A DNA stretch of 57,843 nucleotides, filler included, from Trichosphaerium sp. ATCC 40318 (taxonomy: Eukaryota; Protista; Tubulinea): the NCBI GenBank assembly GCA_038496445.1. It is 2 parts of 2 records of this genome, joined end to end, with 100 filler letters (N's around TTAATTAATTAA, not from the genome) between each part and the next. Parts side by side here need not be neighbours in the genome. Positions count along the whole stretch, not along the records: positions 29,485 to 57,843 come from JALMLS010000386.1; 1 more part is not named here. The stretch is one strand, 5' to 3'. A model generated the notes under the pieces. That model made no database searches, had not been told where the DNA came from, and saw only the letters and a program-made list of their open reading frames with translations. A program made the translations under genes and the position numbers. Below are positions 36,791 to 48,110 of this stretch, piece after piece (the stretch's first letter is position 1; every line of letters begins with the position of its first letter).

Positions 36791-37048
36791 CTATTGATTA
36801 TAAACAGAACCTAATCTATGAACTGGTTTTGATATTCTTCTATCGTTAGTAGGTTGTAAAAATTTACTTAAAATTATAGTACCATCAGGTAATATTTCAT
36901 CTATTCCACTACCCACGACAAACGCTGGTGTATTCATCTGTAATCTTCGTAAGCTGTTTTGTTCTGATAATACATCCTTATAGTCCATCTGAACATGACA
37001 TTTGTATCTATCAGTTGTCCATCTACTAGTCGTTTCACTTTTGTACAT
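36791..37048 (-). CDS. 85-aa in-frame continuation of ORF2 after TGA-ATG
   Basis: GAT TGA ATG TAC, same frame as ORF2. Confidence 0.5.
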   Translation of the reverse strand: MYKSETTSRWTTDRYKCHVQMDYKDVLSEQNSLRRLQMNTPAFVVGSGIDEILPDGTIILSKFLQPTNDRRISKPVHRLGSVYNQ

Positions 37049-40000
37049 TCAATCTATATTTTTGACTGTTCCGTTGTACATGGCAATAATCATCCAATTT
37101 ATAAACTTGTATCTGATTTGTTGTCCTGCCAACCACTTATTTGCTGGAACACCATGCTTAATGTCATTACGTATTATCCAGGTTAATGCTAGTATAATTC
37201 CAATTTCTAACAAATGATGTACTGTCTTGCATTTATCTAAAGAGATCTTAAGTGATTCATCTGGTTTACAAAAGGTTAACAAATCAAATACTACTTCCAT
37301 TATTTTACTAGGCACTGCCCAATCAAAGAAAATTTCTTCATGCTTTTCTGGAGGGAACGCATCTTTTTTATGTGTAACTGGAAGACATCTCATAATAAAT
37401 CTCCATACAATGTCTCTAATATAACTGACTCCCTTGAATTTATTTAGTAGTAGGAGTATGGATGAGTTAAAGATGTAGTTTTTCCTGAAGTGGGGTTTAA
37501 GGCGAGGGATAATTCTTTTTCTTAAAATTAAAGAATAAAATTTAACTTTTCTATAATTGGAATTTGGAACCACATTAAAAGAATCAAATTGTTTTCTGCA
37601 AACTTCACTAAGATGTGACTTATTATTCCATACCGTTTTGTACAGTGTGTCTGTTGTTAGGTGACGTTCCCATAATGATGCTTTAAATGCGTTACTAATT
37701 TGAGATATGGAACTTAACGAAAAACCACCATTTTTGTATGGGAGAGAGAGTTGCGACCAGGAAACGCGAGAATACTTTCGGTATTTATCATATACTCTTG
37801 ACACATCCCACAAGAACCAATTACAGACGTTAATAAGTTTAGCTGTTGCACTTGGAGGAATAGAAAGTGGTCTAGTAAAGTAGATTAGTTGGGACTGAGC
37901 ATATGATTTAAAAACATTAATTTTTTGGCGAATTGTTTTGCATAGCGGTTTCCATTTGATGAGTTGTAGAGCTATCTTGTGTATCGCACTATTCCAATCG
38001 AAATTCAGTCCATCATCACTAAGAGTAAAACCCAAGTATCTAATACTTGTACCTGTGTCGAAGACCTTACTATTATCGTCGTCTAAACCTGAAATATTTG
38101 CTTGAAAACACTTTTTCTCATTGATTTGTAGACCGGTTGCTTTGCCATATCTTGTTAACCAATAATTCATTTCATCTATATCATCTACGGAACTAGCTAA
38201 CAACAAGAGATCATCAGCGAAGAAGAGGTTCTTAAGCCAGTTATCAATACTCATCTCAGCTCCTTTAATATAGGCCTCGTGATTGATGATCCAATTAAGA
38301 GGTTCCACCATAATGGCGAAAAAATATGGGCTGATAGGATTCCCCTGTCCTGTACCTCTCTTAGTGCAGAATGTTTCCTCACTAACTACGTTGTTAATCC
38401 TAACTTGTACATCTAGTTTAAGCGCTTGAACTAGCATATCAGCAATTTTTTTTGAGAATCCTATTTTTGTTAGGAAAAGTTTCAGCGCTGTATGACTGCA
38501 TGAATCAAATGCTTTTTTGAAATCATAAGCTATCATCCTAAGCCATTTTGAGTGTTTTTTGTTGTAAGCTATGGCTTCCAAAGCTGCTATCACGTTATCT
38601 ACTATGTCTCTGCCTGGAATAAATCCATTCTGAGTTTTGAGAATAACCTTGGACATTATAGGAGTCATACGATTATAAAAAACTTTCATTAAAATTTTAT
38701 AATCAATGTTAGTAAGAGTTATAGGTCTGTAATTAGCCATTAATGTAGGATCACCCTTCTTAAATATTGGAATAATGGTACCTTTACATAAAAATTGATC
38801 CACACATCCTTGTTGAATGAAGTCATTGAAAAGAGATGTTAAAGAGGGAACAAAGACATTCTTCATTGTTTTATAGACGCACGCAGAAAGGCCATCCGGG
38901 CCTGGAGCTTTGTTCGTTGGCATCTTATCTATTACCTCTTCTACCTCCTCTTCTTCAATCTTACTGTTTAATTTATTTTGGAGATCTACAAAGACTTTAG
39001 GATTCCATAAATTGCTTACTTGTTTTAATACGGTCTCATCTACAATCAGGTCGTCATATAGGTGCTTGTAAAAGCGAACACTTGTAGATAAGATAGCTTT
39101 GACATCTTTGGATGATGTACCATTCCAGGTACAACGAAGTTCTTCTATAACTCTGGCTGAATTTCTTCCTTTTAGCAATCTAGTTAATTGTGCTGATGGA
39201 ATTTCATTATATTTATCCTTATCCAGAGAGGCAGCGACACATGTAAATTCCTTTTTTTCTCTGATAAGATTATTGTATTCCAGAAGCTCCTTGACTGTAG
39301 CTGTGTGTTTGTTGGATAGGACATCTGCCAACACGTTTATTCTTGCATTTTTCTTAAATATAAGATTAGTTTGAGTTTTTTTGAAACGATTCATCAGTTC
39401 CAATTTGTCACGCAAATAGTCTATTGGGAGGGGTCCAAAGGTCAAATCACATATCTTAGTGTCTTTATAGACCTCTTTAAACAAAACAGGATTAATACGA
39501 AAAGGACGAGGGAGACGAGGACCAAATTCAAATGTAGCTAGAAGAATTGAGTGATCCAACTCAAATAAAGGCATTTCTAGGATCTTGAATGACTTTAAAT
39601 TTGTAGCTAGCGTTTTAGAGACAAGAAGCAGATCCAGTCTACCGCCTTTTTCATGTGTAGGGAGCACTTTATGAAATTTGACAGCTGCATCTATGAATCC
39701 CAGATTAAGAAGTAATGCGTACGTTTTTAAAGACTTCTTATTCTCTATGCGCAAGTTAAAGTCACCAGTAATTATATCGCATTCTGCCACTGCTTCGAAT
39801 ACTTTAAGCCAAAATTGGTTAGAACTATTTGATTTAGCGTAAATCGTAGCTATCTTTAGTTTGACACCATTACACTCCACCTCAGCGACAAGAATGCGTC
39901 CATCCAAAGAATTGATAAGAACAGGATTTTTTCCTCTGATTGCTGTTAACGCCACACCTGTACCTCTACCTTCATCTGTTGAAATTGTTTTGCGTCTGTG

Positions 40001-40135
40001 CTCCTGAAAAGAATTTGTTTCCGTGGAACATAAAATATTACACTTAAGGTTGTACGAGAGCTCACGCACCATGTCAAAATTACTGAAGCCGCGTATATTG
40101 GCTGTAGCCAGCTTAACTGTTTTGAACTTAGTCAT
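37049..40135 (-). CDS. LINE ORF2: APE endonuclease + reverse transcriptase
   Basis: NIRG, ET, IYA, GDFN, RLD, DH; KAPGPDG, NYRPITL, DFKKAFDS, QGNPISP, FADD, RYLG. Confidence 0.97.
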   Translation of the reverse strand: MTKFKTVKLATANIRGFSNFDMVRELSYNLKCNILCSTETNSFQEHRRKTISTDEGRGTGVALTAIRGKNPVLINSLDGRILVAEVECNGVKLKIATIYAKSNSSNQFWLKVFEAVAECDIITGDFNLRIENKKSLKTYALLLNLGFIDAAVKFHKVLPTHEKGGRLDLLLVSKTLATNLKSFKILEMPLFELDHSILLATFEFGPRLPRPFRINPVLFKEVYKDTKICDLTFGPLPIDYLRDKLELMNRFKKTQTNLIFKKNARINVLADVLSNKHTATVKELLEYNNLIREKKEFTCVAASLDKDKYNEIPSAQLTRLLKGRNSARVIEELRCTWNGTSSKDVKAILSTSVRFYKHLYDDLIVDETVLKQVSNLWNPKVFVDLQNKLNSKIEEEEVEEVIDKMPTNKAPGPDGLSACVYKTMKNVFVPSLTSLFNDFIQQGCVDQFLCKGTIIPIFKKGDPTLMANYRPITLTNIDYKILMKVFYNRMTPIMSKVILKTQNGFIPGRDIVDNVIAALEAIAYNKKHSKWLRMIAYDFKKAFDSCSHTALKLFLTKIGFSKKIADMLVQALKLDVQVRINNVVSEETFCTKRGTGQGNPISPYFFAIMVEPLNWIINHEAYIKGAEMSIDNWLKNLFFADDLLLLASSVDDIDEMNYWLTRYGKATGLQINEKKCFQANISGLDDDNSKVFDTGTSIRYLGFTLSDDGLNFDWNSAIHKIALQLIKWKPLCKTIRQKINVFKSYAQSQLIYFTRPLSIPPSATAKLINVCNWFLWDVSRVYDKYRKYSRVSWSQLSLPYKNGGFSLSSISQISNAFKASLWERHLTTDTLYKTVWNNKSHLSEVCRKQFDSFNVVPNSNYRKVKFYSLILRKRIIPRLKPHFRKNYIFNSSILLLLNKFKGVSYIRDIVWRFIMRCLPVTHKKDAFPPEKHEEIFFDWAVPSKIMEVVFDLLTFCKPDESLKISLDKCKTVHHLLEIGIILALTWIIRNDIKHGVPANKWLAGQQIRYKFINWMIIAMYNGTVKNID

Positions 40136-40358
40136 AGAAGATCATATAACCCAAACCACGCGTAGGCAAACCTATAACTAACTAGAAAAGACACAAAAAT
40201 AAAAGAATGGTTACAAATTTGTATTTTTCTATAAAAACAGAGCCGACACAACCAAAGGACCCTACGAAGCAGAAAAACAAGAGAAAACAACAAAAAAGGG
40301 TAAGAAAACAGCAAAAAAGGGTAAGTCAACGTAAATGATGTATTTATTAGTCTAACCA

Positions 40359-41966
40359 TCATTTTTTTGGGTTAAGAGGGTTATTCTTATAGAAGGCGAT
40401 ACGCAGCTGGGTAATCTCATCTTCTTTAAACTCCGGATCGACTCCCTTTGCAATTCTCTTTGGTCTTTCTAGTGCCATATGTTGTTTAAGTGCATCAATA
40501 AAGGCTCGTTCGCGTATAACTTTATCCTTCTCATATTGATCGTCAAATTGTTGTATTTGAACAGGTTGCATTGGAACATCTGGGTCACAGACAGTCGGTT
40601 GTTGAGGATTGTAAGGAGCAACAATCTTTCTTGGGCGCTTCGGTTGAACAGGATTGACAGCAGTTTCGTTCTTTCTTTTTCCCAATCTAAAACTTTCTAT
40701 TTCGTTTTCGGAGAGAAATTGTACCGTGTCTGCGTATTGTTGGGCACTTCTGAAGTCCTTAGCGCTTTTAAACACCTTAAAAACCAGATGATGTTTATTT
40801 CTCTTGAGAACTTGGAATTTTTCAAATCCTGCGATAATCTTTGAGCACAAGAAAACACAACCATTCGTCGGATAATGAAACGTTTCAGTTTTCCATCTTC
40901 GAAAGTCGAGAAGTTTGACTCTCATAGCTTCACAGAATGCGTTACAAAGAAAACGCATCTCTTTTTCTCCTTCCGTGATTTCGAAACCAGAGATAACTAT
41001 TTTGGTCGAGTTGTGGGCAATAGTAATAACGTTGAATCCATCTTTCTTGAGATTACCGCGAAGTTCTTGGATATCATCTATAACAGACGGAGAAGCATAC
41101 ATAGAAATCGTAGTATTGAAAGGGAACTCCTTAGCCGTAATGATATGTTCACTTTCGCTCTTGATTACTTCATGAATAGCACGTTTAGCTAGATTGAACT
41201 TGGCTTGAAGATCATCGGAAATGAATTGTTTGGGTCTAACACCTTGGATCAGATCTGGATAAATCTCGAGTTTAATAATCCACACGATTCTTCCTTGTTG
41301 AGCGCTTTCTTGTAATTGATTGTCATTGGACTTGGACATATCAATACATACTTTTTCGATCGTGTTTTTGAAGACTGAGATTCTTTGGATTTCAGGAAGT
41401 TCATCCATAACTTGGTCAATTTGTTGATTTACTGCCATCGTTGTTAATCGTTTGTAGTGAGTAGTGGTAATGGATTGGACCATGGTGAGGGCATTCACAT
41501 AATTTGCATACGTGTCATTATCCATAGTAGAAATTACCAAATTTTTGCAATTTTCTATATGAGCGAATTGCACTTTGGAAAGAAAATCTGAAATACAAAA
41601 TTTTCCACGCGATATTTTAAAATACGGATGAATATTGTTTTCTGTAAAGTAGGATTTTTTGTAAAAATGTTGATGATGAATTTTTTGTGGATAACTTGGT
41701 TTTGCCTTGGTATTGACTATGGACCATGTATCGTTGATACGCATGACTACAATGTCATACGGATAAATCATAAAAGAAGTATGTACAAAATGCTGAATAA
41801 TGGGTTTATTGTCACTACAGTGGTAGTTGTTATAACGTTCTAAATAATGTTTACTAAGGGGAAATGTATAGCTTGTAAGGTATAAAGTAGGCATAACCAG
41901 CACTACCGTTATTCTAACTAGCGTAACATAATAGTTAGAACGTAAAATAGTGAAGAGGTGATGCAC
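40359..41966 (-). CDS. LINE ORF1; true start codon uncertain
   Basis: 535 open codons between the element 5' end and a pyrimidine-rich spacer before ORF2. Confidence 0.8.
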   Translation of the reverse strand: MHHLFTILRSNYYVTLVRITVVLVMPTLYLTSYTFPLSKHYLERYNNYHCSDNKPIIQHFVHTSFMIYPYDIVVMRINDTWSIVNTKAKPSYPQKIHHQHFYKKSYFTENNIHPYFKISRGKFCISDFLSKVQFAHIENCKNLVISTMDNDTYANYVNALTMVQSITTTHYKRLTTMAVNQQIDQVMDELPEIQRISVFKNTIEKVCIDMSKSNDNQLQESAQQGRIVWIIKLEIYPDLIQGVRPKQFISDDLQAKFNLAKRAIHEVIKSESEHIITAKEFPFNTTISMYASPSVIDDIQELRGNLKKDGFNVITIAHNSTKIVISGFEITEGEKEMRFLCNAFCEAMRVKLLDFRRWKTETFHYPTNGCVFLCSKIIAGFEKFQVLKRNKHHLVFKVFKSAKDFRSAQQYADTVQFLSENEIESFRLGKRKNETAVNPVQPKRPRKIVAPYNPQQPTVCDPDVPMQPVQIQQFDDQYEKDKVIRERAFIDALKQHMALERPKRIAKGVDPEFKEDEITQLRIAFYKNNPLNPKK

Positions 41967-41990
41967 TCCCCGCGCAGTTAAGGCGGGCTC

Positions 41991-42008
41991 ACAATTTTGT
42001 TACTTTGC
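41991..42008 (+). repeat. LINE target-site duplication, right copy
   Basis: ACAATTTTGTTACTTTGC. Confidence 0.95.
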
Positions 42009-42413
42009 CTTAAGGTTACAACTGAAAGCTGTATTTATGTTTCACGACAACATTACCATTCGTTGCCCTATGACAGGGTATAGGCAACGTTTCCTGACAC
42101 GTTCCTGCGTCAGTATCGCTTTATGGTAAAGTACACTGTTGCAAGTATTCACTTTTTAAGACAGAGCGGTGCTGCAAAGTATTTAGTGTTGCAAAAATGA
42201 GAGTTTTCTAGCCTAAAACGACGGCAATACAACTACTACTCAACATAGATGTTTACAAAATTGATGTTTTTATAGCGTATACTGATTCCGTAAGGACATT
42301 CGTAAATAATTTTCTATGTGCTAGGTTCTAGTCTTGAGTCAGGAGATAAAGGGATAACTTTTTTTTTCGAATTGACTAAAAATTTATTGCATTGTATTTG
42401 ATTCTAGTGTAGT

Positions 42414-45400
42414 CTAGTTTGTAGGGATATTATAACCTTGTGGTTTTACAATAGCTACCCAATCTTGTGAATCAGGTGCTGTTATTGATGAACCGCTAAT
42501 TGTTTGAACAGAGTTATAAACGCCATTTCTTGGGTTAAAGAATTGTACAACCCATGTTCCAGTTCCGAGCTCTGTACTAACATTCAGTGTACCGCCAGTA
42601 GGCATAGATACAACGAAGAAGTTAGAGTGCTTAAAGCAGTAACCGCTTCCAAGGTTGTTGGCACATGGAGCCATACTAACGAAAGGTATGCTAGAAATAC
42701 AGTAAGAGACCATACAAATGTGATAGTTTTGGTTTTTTTTTCATACCCAGCCATAAAATCAATGGCGTGTTTTGTCCATCCCCAAACAGAATCACGTGAT
42801 CTGAAGTCTTCCAAGTTAAGATCGTTATGAGGTTGTTGGTATCCAAAATAATATTCGGCACCAGCACCACCTGTACAAAGGAAATTTAGTCGAGTTCTCA
42901 AAAACGTAATTGACTGTTTTTCATATTGGAGAGGTTGGCTCCTTACCTTGTAGGATAGTACCCCAAAGTACTTTAGTACGGACTTCAATATGATTAGCAT
43001 TTGGAGGATCAGGCCTCACACCAATACTTGCAGGACCGATTTCATCAGAAGTGATAACCCATTTTGGTCCAACAGCTTCCTATTTGTTCGTCAATAAGAC
43101 ACCTGAACCAATTAAGCTCAAACTTACTGTTTCTTCCCACCATTTCTTTACTTCACCAGCAGTATTGCCAATACTTATTTGAATAGAAGCACCAAGGAAG
43201 TTTGGTTTTCCAATAAGAGCGCGGTAGCGTAGTTCCTAAGGAGAAAAAATGTTAGCAAGAAAAAAAACAAGTAGAAACTTATGTTGTGCTAAGTTGCGTA
43301 CCTGCTGTCCTGGGTATGTATGACACACGATCAAATGCTTGTAAGCATCTAATCCATCAATATAATCAGTAAATTGAGAACGTTGTGCGTCAGTGTTAGT
43401 GTTTTCTTCACCAAGATTCCAAGTGATAGCAAGATGGTATCCGAAACGAGCAACTAGTTCTCTGTAGTAAACTTTTCTTTCTCTTCCCAAAGCACCTCCA
43501 TCAAGTTGTTGATCATTCTCAGTTTCTTGTGTAACAATATGAAGCATAACACCTTTATAAAGAACGTTAGTTATTTATAGATATGTGTTGAGTATAAATA
43601 GAAATATGGGTACCTTTGGTGTCCATGTGCGTGAAAATGACATCCCATTGAGCAAGTTTACTAACATCGAATTTGAAACGATCGGTTTTAGTGATCCATG
43701 GGAACACATCCTTACCTGTTGAGTTATATCGATTAGAAAACGCTCAGAACAATTGTATTGAGGGTAATGGTGACAAAAAAAAGGACATACCATCTCCTAA
43801 AGGAGCGTTCATTGTTACAAAATAGATTGAGTTCATTCCCTTTCCAGCGAGGTAATTCACAGCACCAATAATGTTTTTACCCTTGTTTCCTTTAAAAACA
43901 GGATCACCTGTATTCCAGTCACCAGCGTGAGGATTGTATCTATGTTTGTCTTCTGTGTTATCGAACTCCCAGTATGCTACGAACCCAAAGTCAATAAAAG
44001 AGTACAAAACTTTGTGAAAAGGAAAAAGGGAAAAAATAAGTACCCAAAAAGTTTTCTGGAGAATCGGCTCCTCCCTTGATGAAGTAGTCTCCTGATCTTG
44101 AATATCTCATGTAATGCTCTCCAACATATTCAAGAATACCGTTATTCCTAAGAAAGTAAATTAGAGCAAAACATGTGCATGCTTTACGAACCTCTTGTCA
44201 GTGCCAACTCCACTTATCGAAAATGAAGCACTTACTCCATCAAATGAAGTCGCAGTTCCAGCAGTAGGGGAAGTAGACAAAGCAACATCTGTACCAGTAC
44301 GGAAAGAAGCGGTAACAGTGTAAGTACCTGAATTAGGATATCAGCAAAAGAGAGTATGAAGTGGAAACAGAAAATGCTAAAGAAAGCAAGATTTGAACAA
44401 ACTAAAAAAGGGGCGTACCAGCAAGTGGAGGTGTAAAGATACAACGCCATTTGTTACCAGATGTAGCAGATGTCTCCTCAGCGTTACCATCAGCAGCAAA
44501 GAAACCAGCAATATTCCAAGTTGTTCCACCACGTGTGAAAGCACAGTTAAGTCTGAAATTGGTAAAAGTAGCGGCAGATGTTTCGCTTCTTGAAGGTCCT
44601 GTGAAAGTAACCTAAAGTGTTAGTCAATAAGAAATACCTCTAGCAGAAACAGGGAGAAAATATGACGTACTACAACAGGATGGAATCGTTTGCCATCAGT
44701 TGTAACTTGCGCTGGAGGTGAAGGAGCTGGAGGTTGTGTTGAAGTTGATGAAATATCGATCCAGTTCAAGTTCAAGCCAGATGACGTAAATAAAACACGG
44801 ACTGTATGAATACCAGCAGTTACAGTGCCGATATTTGTTGAGTGTGTTTGCCATGTTTGCCAACCTGAAGTGAAAAAAAGTCAGATAAAGAAAAAAGAAC
44901 AAAATCTAAACTATCTTTCTTTGGACTCACCTCCTGTACCAGTCCATGATACTGTACCCTTGTTAACACCATCAACAAGGATGTCAATTGACTTTGCGGT
45001 ATTTCCGTTTGCTGCTACACGTGCATCGAGGTTAAACGCGCCAGTTGTTGAAAAATCAATAACGAAGTCCAAGTACTCGTTTGCAGCAACCCAACCAACA
45101 TTACAGCCACCACCATTATCAGTTGTTAGTTGTAAATCAACAAGGTTTGAGCCGCCTTGGTTAGCGCCACATGCTTGTCCACCTAACAAAATATTATTAC
45201 GCCAAATACTACGTCTATTTTCGAAACAAATGTTCAACTGTTGTATGTTGTGTGAACTGAGAAAAAAAATAAAATAAAAAAAAAATGCGGGGAGAATCTA
45301 TGACATACCAGAGTTACCAGGAGTTGTATCAAAGAACCCAGAGAAGTCTTCAGCTTCAGTTCTACCTGGAGCGGAACCAGCAATTGTATTAACAACTAAG

Positions 45401-45959
45401 AAAACGTGTTAATCAAAATATATCCAGTAAAAGAAGACCAGAAGAAAGTAAATATTATTATTTTGTCATAAAAATCACGTGCTTTGAAAGTTTCTGTTGA
45501 AAACTGCCGAACTGCTTCCAGTTGCGCCAGCACCAGAGTGTGCGGTGACAGCTAAAGTATGACTACCATATAGATTTGCAGCAGGCCATGGGTCAGGTAT
45601 AGGACCAGAGTTACCGTATAAAAAGTATGCGGCAACATTTTCGAGTCTATTAATTGTTCCATCGAGTACGTATGCTACAGAGCCTACTCCAGATACTAGT
45701 GATTCAACATTTAGTCCATCACCGACCATGTGAGTGTTAAATATGTCTCCGTTCTGTATTGTCTTAATTACGCTACCATCGTCGGATGATACCATACGAA
45801 GCGAGTTTACTGTTTGTGCGTTTATCTATATCATCATAAATTAGATAACATTTCGTTCTCAAACACGTTTTTTTGTTTCGACGCGATGTCATTTTTTTAC
45901 GTTTTAAAACGTACGTATACGCTTATCGATAATGCCAAAATGAACACTAATAGCTTCAT
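42414..45959 (-). CDS. Secreted CBM6 + DUF5060 putative glycoside hydrolase with a C-terminal collagen-binding-like domain; more than 10 introns
   Basis: [14 protein letters not shown]; CBM6 [28 protein letters not shown]; Pro/Thr linker; [65 protein letters not shown]. Confidence 0.88.
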
Positions 45960-47699
45960 CTTGCGTGTACGTGTGATAGTATAGAAGTGTTGTGTTTGAT
46001 GTGAAGAACTTGTAAATATGAAGTAAATTCACAATTTTATCACCGTATTTGGTGTAAACTTTTGGGTCTTCTTGGTGTACCACTATCTCGCTTTATGCTC
46101 TCATAGATAGTTCGTACCATTGTAGTAAGTAGAAGAGCGGAGAAATAAAGCAAGTACGTACTGAGTGGCATGACGAAGCAACTTTTACTAGCGCCTAAAA
46201 AAAAAACTTGAAAAAAGTACTCCATTCGTTCTGTTGTTTGTCTTTGGATTACTCTTTTGTTTTAGCTTTTGCTAGCGCACTTGCGTGGTTATAAATTGTG
46301 ATACGCAAGATTTATTCGGGAACAGATTACCCGCAAAAGTTTCACGTGTTCTACACAACGATTTCTTCGGTTTTTTGAGTTTGAGTACCAAGAACACTAA
46401 GAAAAAAACAGAAAAGTGAAAGTGATTGTCACTGTAACCTTCAGTTGCTGACCCTTTTCACTCGTTTAGGTTAATCTTTAATAAGGAAATACGTATTTAC
46501 ACGTGACGTGTAAGTCGTATAAACTACAAAAAAGTACTGACAGCGAGGAGAAATACTACGAAATTACGCCTACAGAAAAACAATTTGATACACAAAAGAT
46601 TTTTGAGTCCTTTTTTGAACTTACTGCCCGGTAAACCATACCCGTGAGTGAGAAAACTGTTTCTTAGCGTTTTGTAAAATCAATCACGTTTTAAAGTATT
46701 GTACACCTGCACTAGGTTACATTAATGTAACGTGTAAGTTTGTGTGTAGGTGAGCATAACTCAGGTATCAAGTTTCTTGGCTATTGAATGTGAGGCACCC
46801 ACGTGGTATTTCATGAGATTAAGAAAATGCCCTTGTTCGAATGACTAACCATGTCGATTACTGGTGCTGCGCAAAGCATTGGAGGAAAAAAAAAGGGAGA
46901 AATAATGATACAACCGATCTCATGCATAAAACAGCGTACGTACAGAGCAAGGTGGCAATTTATTATCCCTCCAAATCAAAGAAACGTGATTTTCAGTAGT
47001 AAGTTAAAGTATTTGGGTTCATTCAGTGCACATGTTGTAGTGTCCAACTTCACACAAGAATGCTGTTTCTCTTGACATATTTCGTCTATGAACAAAAACT
47101 AGTTCCAAATAACGAACATGGAGGTTGTAGACAACTTTGTTAGTCACCAAACACACCACGACTTCAAACATGGAATAGCTGCTGTTGTTCCATACGTCAT
47201 AAAATCACATGTGTTCCACATACAACTCCACTATTGAAATCTCTTGTCCTTCATTAGCTAGAGATATTCCTCAGCGAAGTCACTGGAGTTTTTCTGGCGA
47301 TTTAGCTGCTATCTGATCTTTTTTTTTGTCGCACTAAACTTTTCGTCTTCCATTTATCCGCTATGTACAACAGAAAAGTCGAAATGATTAGGGTTGGCGG
47401 TGTTATCCAAAATTGGTAATTCATATTGAGAGGTACGTACTTCAGCTACACAACATAGTATAGACCGTTTGCTAAGCTTTCTAACAATTTGCTTCTTATT
47501 GTGCTATAAATGAGCCTGTGTTTGCGAACAAGGCACGTGATTCCTCAGGTAGAAGCTGTTGGTCGGTTGTAAAGCAGTACACTAAAATCTTACGCTTTAA
47601 AACAGTCTTATAAGTTTATTATCAATTCACTTGCGAGGGTGTTGAAGAAGTCTAAGCGGTTTTTATATTGATTATGTGATTACCATTTGTTTTTCCTCA

Positions 47700-48110
47700 A
47701 TTCGATGACTATAACAGCAACACCTTATTACTTTCAGTTAGCTGAAACAAAATATTCAAAACTCACTCATGATTATACCACTAAGGACCATTAGTATGGC
47801 CAAGCATGGCTCCACTGTACTTTTAAACTCCTTGCTTGGGTCTTTCATTGTACCATCTATCAACACGCCAAGAATGATTATGCCAGAGAGCTATGGAAAA
47901 CCTAAGAAGACCTTCACCAGTAATGTCTTTCGTACCAAGATAATAGATGCTATCGTTATAAGAACGATTGTCCCTAAGCGCATAAGAACTACAATATTTG
48001 ATAAGATGCATTGTTGACCATTATAGACAGGCTCTCTATAATATTGGCGCACATTTACAAATAAAACTGCGAAGATGAGGTTCAAAATACCAGGTAATCC
48101 AAGTTGTGCT
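47700..48110 (-). pseudogene. Degenerate multi-transmembrane protein fragment, possibly GPCR-like
   Basis: Hydrophobic reading LNLIFAVLFV..LGTIVLITIASIILV with in-frame stops. Confidence 0.3.

Larger units (their letters stand above)
35918..41990 (-). mobile_element. Full-length L1/Tx1-like non-LTR retrotransposon (6073 bp) carrying an extra His-Me finger ORF
   Basis: 18-bp TSD; 12-nt poly-A (T run 35918-35929); GC-rich 5' end; ORF1; ORF2 APE-RT. Confidence 0.95.

Noticed and set aside
37049-37051. TGA=Trp alternative genetic code
   Set aside because: TGA terminates Gypsy pol and Prp43, and long ORFs use TGG for Trp
35800-42200. tRNA-gene targeting as in Dictyostelium TRE elements
   Set aside because: No tRNA gene recognisable in either flank by eye; tRNAscan-SE would settle it
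46040-47300. Several short ORFs
   Set aside because: No motifs or consistent exon chain
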